This document shows positions 63,471 to 64,000 of a DNA stretch of 64,000 bases, in pieces (positions within the stretch are counted from its first letter, which is position 1; the number at the start of each line of letters is the position of its first letter). The DNA is from a virus, in the IMG/VR virus record IMGVR_UViG_3300044712_000991, positions 1 through 64,000 of that record, one strand, 5' to 3'. Under the pieces are notes generated by a model that saw only the letters and a list, made by a program, of their open reading frames with translations, had not been told where the DNA came from and made no database searches. A program made the translations under genes and the position numbers.

Positions 63471-64000
63471 TCACTCCTGTGTGTGAACAACCCACGACTT
63501 GAACGTAGAGGGCTTGGCGAGCACGGAGGTCAGCACCTGCTTCCACGCGGCAATCGTGTTGTCCGTGTGGTAGTTCTTGATGATGTGCTCCCGCCCCTGG
63601 AGACCCAGTCCACGCAGTTTGCCCGCCGCCTTCAGCGTGTACGCCTCCTCCATCGCCGCCTGGATGTCCTCTACGGATGTCCAGTCCTGGTTGATGTACG
63701 GATTGCCCACAACACCGAACAGCGTACGCACGGTGGGCTGAAGAAGAATGCCATTCACCGCACCATCATCGCACACCATCTGCTCCGTCAGACCTCCCGT
63801 GGAGACCGCGATGTTCGGTGTACCGGCCAGTAGGCTTTCCATACACGAGAGACCAAAGCCCTCGTTGTATGCCACGTTCAGCGTCACATCCGCAAGGTTG
63901 TAGAACCTATTCAGATCGCTCACGGAGACCTTGCTGCTGTTGATGATAACGGGGGCCGCGTTGCGCTCCACCTGCTTCATGATCATCCCGAGGTCGAACC
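63471..64000 (-). CDS. GT-B (GT4-like) glycosyltransferase, 5'-truncated by the window edge
   Basis: FYNLADV...NEGFGLSCMESLLAG...GGLTEQ. The frame is open at 64000. Confidence 0.85.
   Translation of the reverse strand, partial: FDLGMIMKQVERNAAPVIINSSKVSVSDLNRFYNLADVTLNVAYNEGFGLSCMESLLAGTPNIAVSTGGLTEQMVCDDGAVNGILLQPTVRTLFGVVGNPYINQDWTSVEDIQAAMEEAYTLKAAGKLRGLGLQGREHIIKNYHTDNTIAAWKQVLTSVLAKPSTFKSWVVHTQE

Noticed and set aside
48329-64000. Island as a mis-assembled host LPS/O-antigen locus
   Set aside because: It has the same strand and similar composition as the rest, phage-type small ORFs inside, and a 5-nt gap to the phage sigma gene. No wzx/wzy/ABC export genes are present. Read-level confirmation is still advisable.

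Overview
This window is 64 kb of a large (jumbo-type) dsDNA tailed phage genome. Every credible gene lies on the minus strand, and most are translationally coupled. Read in the direction of transcription (right to left), it has four modules. (1) 64000-48329: a glycosylation/modification island with 7 glycosyltransferase ORFs (8 GT domains), 2 SAM methyltransferases, 2 radical-SAM enzymes, a ThDP acetolactate-synthase-like enzyme, an orphan PanB, a MazG-like protein and an NDT-like protein. (2) 48323-25899: a sigma factor and a full replication/recombination module. It includes class II RNR, a UvsW-like helicase, DnaB, PolA, an RNA ligase, a primase split into two genes, RecA, an SSB, a resolvase, a membrane-anchored pseudo-dUTPase, Mre11 and a Rad50 split at the Zn hook. 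(3) 25862-23723: GroEL with no adjacent GroES, followed by an intrinsic terminator. (4) 23596-1: virion and packaging genes (TerL, portal, prohead protease, large acidic head-type proteins), interrupted by a WYL-led lysis-like operon. Three patterns are read directly from the sequence. Five TTGnnT-17-TATATT promoters precede the replication operons and the WYL operon. A CTAYCTAT motif precedes each of the three virion operons. A recurrent L-[KRQ]-F-[AG] motif sits at domain boundaries of a 1551-aa multidomain protein and a HAD-phosphatase fusion, which suggests protease-processed polyprotein cargo. No tRNA, CRISPR array, intein or transposase was recognised. All family assignments come from motif recognition by eye; no database search was run.
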